A DNA stretch of 64,000 nt, taken from contig NMRA01000271.1 of the NCBI GenBank assembly GCA_002633005.1, forward strand, positions 79,588 through 143,587, read 5' to 3'. Position 1 is the first letter of the stretch, and each line of letters opens with the position of its first letter. The position numbers were made by a program, and so were the translations under genes. This DNA comes from Phoronis australis. Lineage: Eukaryota > Animalia > Phoronida. Below, piece by piece: positions 57,701-64,000 of the stretch. The notes under the pieces are model-generated. The model ran no database searches, was not told where the DNA came from, and was given only the letters and a program-made list of their open reading frames with translations.

Positions 57701-60700
57701 ATCACTCTCCAACTTGGCCGTCCGCCCCGACGAGATATTTTTGGCTAGTTCTTCGTTCTCTTGCAGCAACATGCGGCACCTCGACATCAGGCGCTTACCA
57801 GTTTGACTATATAAAGGGGGAGGAACAAAGACCTGCATTACGTACAACTACCTACAGACACATGGAGAGCCTCCATCAATCCTTGGACCTTCAGGTTCAG
57901 ACCAATATCTGTGTAACGTTACAGTATGACAAAAAGATTACACGTCTACACTGATGACATACAGCTGCTTCACGTGTTTGCGGATAGCTTGATACATGTT
58001 CAGGTCATGACGCCGGTCTACGCGATTCGATATATGCACGCTATGTTGAACTGTTCAGTCCAAAAATTCACTGAGGCTCCATACAATGCAAGTTACAGAG
58101 GTGGAAGCCAATATAAGCTCCATGTTACGATTACCTTGTTCACTGACGCAACAGAAAATGTCAAAATTCACGTCCCCATCCCCTAAATTTCTCCCAATAC
58201 CAACATCACAACTTAACTGTGTCGGACAACCGTAAACGAGGCACAGCGCAAAGTAAAACAAAGCATGGAGCTTATTTTTGGCAATAAAACGATTAATTAC
58301 TCAAAACAGATCGCAAAAACAACCTGAAGAGACACACCAGTGCGATTAGTCACACCGGCAGACGATGTGTTCATACTGTCCTAAGCAAACTGGATATCCA
58401 CAGCAACGTCAGAAGAGAAAAACAGCCAATGTTGATGAAGAAATAAAAACCCACAGAACTGCGCACACACGTACTAGACACTTACTGAATACTGTGGCTA
58501 GTGATTATGTTAGTAAGTCTGCTCATGAATGTTCAAGTCAGTCAAGTATAGCATATTAAGTCAATGAGTTGTGTTGACGTTTGACTGTCTCTGACATGCG
58601 CTGTCAGCTACAAGCATACAGTACATTGTTTATCTACTATCAGTTGTTAAGGAAAACATGTTCAACAACAACGAAGGCGAAACCAGTCAAAGCCAAGTCT
58701 GCTGAACAACGCGCACGCGTGTAAACTCGAGGCGATCCGACAACCAGTCACGTTCGTCACGGATTGTCCAGCATTACTGTGCTCAACAACCGCTGGCGAT
58801 GACGGAGCGCAGCTCACGACCGACTCGGCCAATGACCATACAACCAGCCAGGTTACCAGACTAAGACGCCATGCGACTGTGCACGACAGTGGAGCCTGTG
58901 TTAAAAGTCACCTGTCCGCCGTGAACTTCCAGGCGCTTAGTTCGTTTTGAGTCTGCTCCATCTTTTCCTTTGCTTGTTCCATTTCTTTCTTCATACGTTG
59001 AAACATAAGGTTCACAGCTGGGTCCAACAGCTTGCTACGCAACTGGGCACTGTTCGTTAACTGTACTTGTTTCAACTCACTTATCTGACTCTGAAATTAC
59101 CAACATGAGATTAATGAAAGGATGAAGACCCTGTACCGGACATCTGAGAATGATGATGTACAAAAACAAGAGCATAACTGGAAACATCTAACAGCAATCA
59201 GCCTCACTTACGATAACTGTTAAGGCACTAAATAACAAAACACAACCCCATCTAGTGACCAGGCATGCAACTGGTTAATAATTTCCACTAAAGTGTCATA
59301 ACCCAAAACCGGTCTATTCTCCACTGTGCTGCAGCCATGTTGCTTAAAATATGAAAAGGCAACATACTATCAAATCTGAGGATGTTACAACGCGAGACTT
59401 AATTTTTGACACGCAAAATCACCGAAGGTGGGTGCATTAGAGCTTTAAAACACAAAATCATTAAAACAGTGAATATGTGAACTAATTTTTTACTGCTATG
59501 AGCTCAGTACAACTAGTGACATCAATAATGTAAACGAGGATTGAAAACCAAACAACTTGCATCAGTTTCAAAATGTAAAACTGAACCGTTACGTCAACTT
59601 GATGTCACAAACTAACCAAGAGATTTTATCCGCATAACGCAAAGTTCAAGTTACTAGAACAGCCGGGCACTTGATCAGAACAACTGCGCCACGGAACTTT
59701 GTACAAGTTAAACAACTAATCCCACTAGATGCATTCAAGTTTTACTGTTAGTCATCTAGTTCAGTAGATAATATAAAAAAATAATCAAACACTGAACTTA
59801 CGGATTTGAGTAAGCAACATTGCGTCCTAATCCTGAGAACTTCGGTAGGCCACTGAGGTGTCATATGACTCATCACGTGATCAACAGTGCAGTTTGTGCG
59901 GGAAACTCTTCAGCGCCCTATCCCGTGTTCTTGGTAGAAAAACAGACAAGGGGTCTAAGGTTTCTGCTACCAAGAACATGGGAGAGGGTGCTGAAGAGAA
60001 TACCGCACAAAATGTACTGTCAACCACATGATGAGTCACATGACACCTCAGTGGTTTGCCGAAGTCCTTGGGAGGAGGACGCAGCGTAGCTAACTCAATC
60101 CGTAGGTCCAGTATTTGATTCATTTTTTCTATGTTAGTAGAAATTTTTTGCCCCCGTTTTTATTCCGAAATAACAATGCCACCCGTGATTAGTCACCGTT
60201 CTCCACTTACCAACAGTAAAAGAGGGCAGAAATGTAGTTGAACTGCTAGAGTGCGAAGGTCGGTCGTTTGAAGGTTAGGTATGGGAGAAGATGCTCCATT
60301 GGTGGGTATGGGGGTCTTCGCAAGAAAATTTGGAAATCAAGAGCTCATTTCCTGTATTTTGGAGATATTTTTTTGCTTCAACACTTGTGACTCATGAAGC
60401 GATAAACCACACGTTGGCAACGTTTATTTTTCATCTGTTTACAGCACAGTATGGCCGAGAAATGAAATTTTACTTCCTCAGATTTCTCAACAAAAACCTT
60501 GGGTAAATTTCACTCTACAACTTGCTGGGTTCATACTCTGCAAGACATTTGGCAAACCTTCCATCATTTACGACAAATCAGCCAGTGAAAAATCAACAAA
60601 CGACAACTTTTGGCAATAACTCTTGTGTAAAACAAATGAGGAATTATCATGGCCATTTGAATGGAAGAGAAAACAAACCACTCACTAGCAAGTCCTGCAC

Positions 60701-63527
60701 CTCCTGTTCCTTGGACGTCAACCTCATCACTAAAATATTTTCACGGCGCGCTGCCTCCAACTGCTGCTGTTTCAACTTGTCGTCAAACTCAGGAGGATTC
60801 GCACCATTTTCAGCAACTGGAAAAAGGTTTTGTGTCATTAACGTAAGAATCAAGTAATGAAAGCACTCTGCCCAAGCGACACTTGGCAAAAACTGACGAG
60901 GGGGGAATAACGAGGAGGACAGAGACACCATAAACAACAACAACCTCTAAGACCACAACATAAATAATGTTAACACCACCAACAATGCCCCCATAAGCAC
61001 CAACTACAATATCGCCTCATTTGACAATGCCTCCTCAAACACTCATGAACCTAGAATAATCTCAAATCCATAAACATTGATGATGTTAAGCATGCCTGCC
61101 AAAGTACCACTGACCGAATCTTAGTAATCAGTAGATCACGAACATATCTATTAACCAATTCAGAAGAAACCCTCGAAGGACCGCAAAAGCAAATAAAAAA
61201 GAAAAATGAATGTCAATACATAGTCTAGTGTTCGATTTCTACCAAAGGACAGCATTCGTCGCACTAATGATGAGTTACGTGTTGTGTGCAAATTGCTCGT
61301 TAATCGGTCGTGCAAATAACAGGCAGGGTATGGAACTCATCCTGTTCTTGAGATCCGAGATGCATGACCGCGCCAAAGCCTATGAAAAGTACCATAACGG
61401 CTTTTCTATTGACATTTATAGCACCTGACAAGATGTATTCACACATGAAAGTTCAGACATATTTAACAAAGGATACCAGAGCTACGGCACTGTTAAAGAG
61501 CAGCCACCGGAAAATAATGAACACCTTGACAGCAGCAGGTGGTAGAAAGAAACGGATGCCAGATTTCAGATAGATCTTGATGAGATTTATTTACATCCAA
61601 ATTTTAGAAGAATACTTTGAGGAACCGCAGAGCGAAAATTAAAAAAATGCCTGTCACTTTTGGTCCAGTTTTGCCAATACCTCCCTCCCACCCCCCAAGA
61701 TGTTAAAAAGATACATGAGAATTTCATGTCCATAGGATAAAAAATACAACCTGTAACGTGCGTACAGACAAACAAAAAACAGAGCAACATACTTGCAGAA
61801 ATTTCATTTTGCCAAATAACAAACGTACAACTGAAGCCTCAACTGAGGCGCAACTGACACTGACCGTAACGTACTGAATAAATCTGACTCGACTGACCTG
61901 TATCGCTGGTAGATGCTGATTTTGATTTCTGGTTCTCAAGATGGCTTATGAATGCTTCCTGGTCTTTCCATTTCTGGATAAGCTCTTCCCTTGGTATGTT
62001 TCTAATGTCTTCAGCACTCAAAATCACNTCGTCAAACTCAGGAGGATTCCCACCATTTTCAGCAACTGGAAAAAGGTTTTGTGTCATTAACGTAAGAATC
62101 AAGTAACGAAAGCACTCTGCCCAAGCGACACTTGGCAAAAACTGACGAAGGGGGAATAACAAGGGGGACAGAGACACCATAAACAACAACAACCTCTAAG
62201 ACCACAACATAAATAATGTTAACACCACCAACAATGCCCCCATTAGCACCAACTACAATATCGCCTCATTTGACAATGCCTCCTCAAACACTCGTGAACC
62301 TAGAATAATCTCAAATCCATAAACATTGATGATGTTAAGCATGCCTGCCAAAGTACCACTGACCGAATCTTAGTGATCAGTAGATCACGAACATATCTAT
62401 TAACCAATTCAGAAAAACCCTCGAAGGACCGCAAAAGCAAATAAAAAAGAAAAATGAATGTCAATACATAGTCTAGTGTTCGATTTCTACCAAAGGACAG
62501 CATTCGTCGAACTAATGAGGAGTTACGTGTTGTGTGCAAATTGCTCGTTAATTGGTCGTGCAAATAACAGGCAGGGTATAGAACTCATCCTGTTCTAGAG
62601 ATCCGAGATGCATGACCGCGCCAAAGCCTATGAAAAGTACTTTTCTATTGACATTTATAGCACCTGACAAGATGTATTCACACATGAAAGTTCAGACATA
62701 TTTAACAAAGGATACCAGAGCTACGGCACTGTTAAAGAGCAGTCACCAGAAAATAATGAACACCTTGACAGCAGCAGGTGGTAGAAAGAAACGGACGCCA
62801 GATTTCAGATAGATCTTGATGAGATTTATCTACATCCACATTTTAGAAGAATACTTTGAGGAACCGCAGAGCGAAAATTAAAAAAATGCCCGTCACTTTT
62901 GGTCCAGTTTTGCCAATACCTCCCTCCCACCCCCCAAGATGTTAAAAAGATACATGAGAATTTCATGTCCATAGGATAAAAAATACAACCTGTAACGTGC
63001 GTACAGACAAACAAAAAACAGAGCAACATACTTGCAGAAATTTCATTTTGCCAAATAACAAACGTACAACTGAAGCCTCAACTGAGGCGCAACTGACACT
63101 GACCGTAACGTACTGAATAAATCTGACTCGACTGACCTGTATCGCTGGTAGATGCTGATTTTGATTTCTGGTTCTCAAGATGGCTTATGAATGCTTCCTG
63201 GTCTTTCCATTTCTGGATAAGCTCTTCCCTTGGTATGTTTCTAATGTCTTCAGCACTCAAAATCACCTAGAAACAAAATATGAAAATGACATAAAATAAT
63301 CCCGGATCCATCAATCCGTTTACGATTGTACTTCAGTTATGTCAACATTCCACAACAGGTTCAGTTTAAGATTTTCACTTTCTTCCTTAGTAATTATAAC
63401 ATTTTAAGAATTTAAATTTGCATAAAATTTTTAATTTGTGTACAAGCGATACAAACAAACATTCACTATGCGAAAAACACAAAAAACCTACTCTTTTTGG
63501 ATTTGGCTGCACCGGGTCTTCTGTCAT
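54247..63527 (-). CDS. WTAP: Pre-mRNA-splicing regulator WTAP / fl(2)d (m6A methyltransferase complex subunit), 6 coding exons, 372 aa
   Basis: Exons 63527-63492, 63266-63137, 60816-60686, 59090-58912, 57806-57652 and 54734-54247 join in phase (1119 nt). Hallmarks: RRENILVMRLTSKEQE, LLDPAVNL, ELSAWKFT.DSQTGKRLMSRCRMLLQENEEL, ELDEDVEGMQSTIYLLQQQL. Confidence 0.96.
57652..57806 (-). CDS. WTAP: WTAP coding exon 5
   Basis: SQTGKRLMSRCRMLLQENEELAKNISSGRTAKLESDIALERKLIEEMKTAQQ. Confidence 0.94.
58912..59090 (-). CDS. WTAP: WTAP coding exon 4
   Basis: SQISELKQVQLTNSAQLRSKLLDPAVNLMFQRMKKEMEQAKEKMEQTQNELSAWKFTAD. Confidence 0.94.
59783..60120. mobile_element. Long palindromic MITE (~160-bp arms) in WTAP intron 3
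   Basis: aatcaaacactgaacttacggatt...ttcttggtag is mirrored by ctaccaagaa...aatccgtaggtccagtatttgatt. Confidence 0.85.
60686..60816 (-). CDS. WTAP: WTAP coding exon 3
   Basis: KLKQQQLEAARRENILVMRLTSKEQEVQDLL. Confidence 0.93.
60780..63266. repeat. ~1.24-kb near-identical duplication across N 62028 (60780-62027 vs 62029-63266)
   Basis: Scattered SNPs and a small indel; the junction is exactly at the N; probable uncollapsed haplotypes. Confidence 0.9.
63137..63266 (-). CDS. WTAP: WTAP coding exon 2
   Basis: VILSAEDIRNIPREELIQKWKDQEAFISHLENQKSKSASTSDT. Confidence 0.9.
63492..63527 (-). CDS. WTAP: WTAP coding exon 1
   Basis: MTEDPVQPNPKR, donor gtaggt. An acceptor just upstream (63535) implies a 5'UTR exon outside the window. 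Confidence 0.88.
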
Positions 63528-64000
63528 CTTGAAGCTGAAAAAAAACTTTAAGCTCGAATCAAAAAAATTCAGACATACAGTTTGACAGTCACGATTCAGA
63601 TGAAATTCACCATTTTGCAAGACCTCACGTCCATTGGAAGCGATGACTGTTTATTGTTTACAATCAGACTTCAAAACAATAGTCACTCGATACTGGTATT
63701 TTCTGAATCCACTCTTTACCAGAGTTTGGAATGACCAATGACAAAAAAGAAGACAACTTTCCAGGTGACAGGAGATAGGCTTGTGTGAAATAAATGTTTT
63801 TGCATGAATAAAGTCAAAATACTGATAAAAAAGAAACAAAAAAGGAAACCAAAAATCACATAAGAGGAAATTGAAGCCAAAATTAGCAAAAAAAGAGGAA
63901 ATCCTCTTAAAAGTGGAAAATTCCAAACCCTGTCTTTAGTTCGATTCCATAAATGCAATAATACACTGATTGTTTATTTCTTGCCTCTGCATGGATCACT

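Noticed and set aside
61839-62192. 117-aa ORF fusing WTAP exon 3 to exon 2 (exon scrambling)
   Set aside because: The fusion point is the N at 62028, so it is an assembly artefact.

Overview
This is eukaryotic (animal, probably invertebrate bilaterian) genomic DNA, not prokaryotic. Genes are split by GT-AG introns, so most short ORFs in the supplied track are noise or exon fragments. I assembled four gene models by hand from splice sites and reading-frame phase. (1) A partial short-chain dehydrogenase/reductase (SDR) paralog on the minus strand, exons 1-3 at 1850-4494, apparently running off the left edge. (2) A complete 8-exon SDR (FabG-like, 261 aa) on the minus strand at 7633-14079. (3) An 18-exon chordin on the plus strand at 28193-50455, with a signal peptide, CR1, the CHRD region and CR2-4; one exon is cut by an N gap. 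(4) WTAP/fl(2)d, an m6A writer-complex subunit (372 aa, 6 coding exons), on the minus strand at 54247-63527. The rest holds MITEs, tRNA-derived SINE heads, LINE fragments and tandem repeats. Two apparent duplications sit across single-N contig joins and are probably haplotype overlaps. The most interesting signals are: a WTAP intron that could give the same truncated isoform as human WTAP and is rich in m6A motifs; a periodic array of CTCF-like motifs in the last chordin intron; an exon-limited gene-conversion tract between the SDR paralogs; and a composite Smad element in chordin intron 3.
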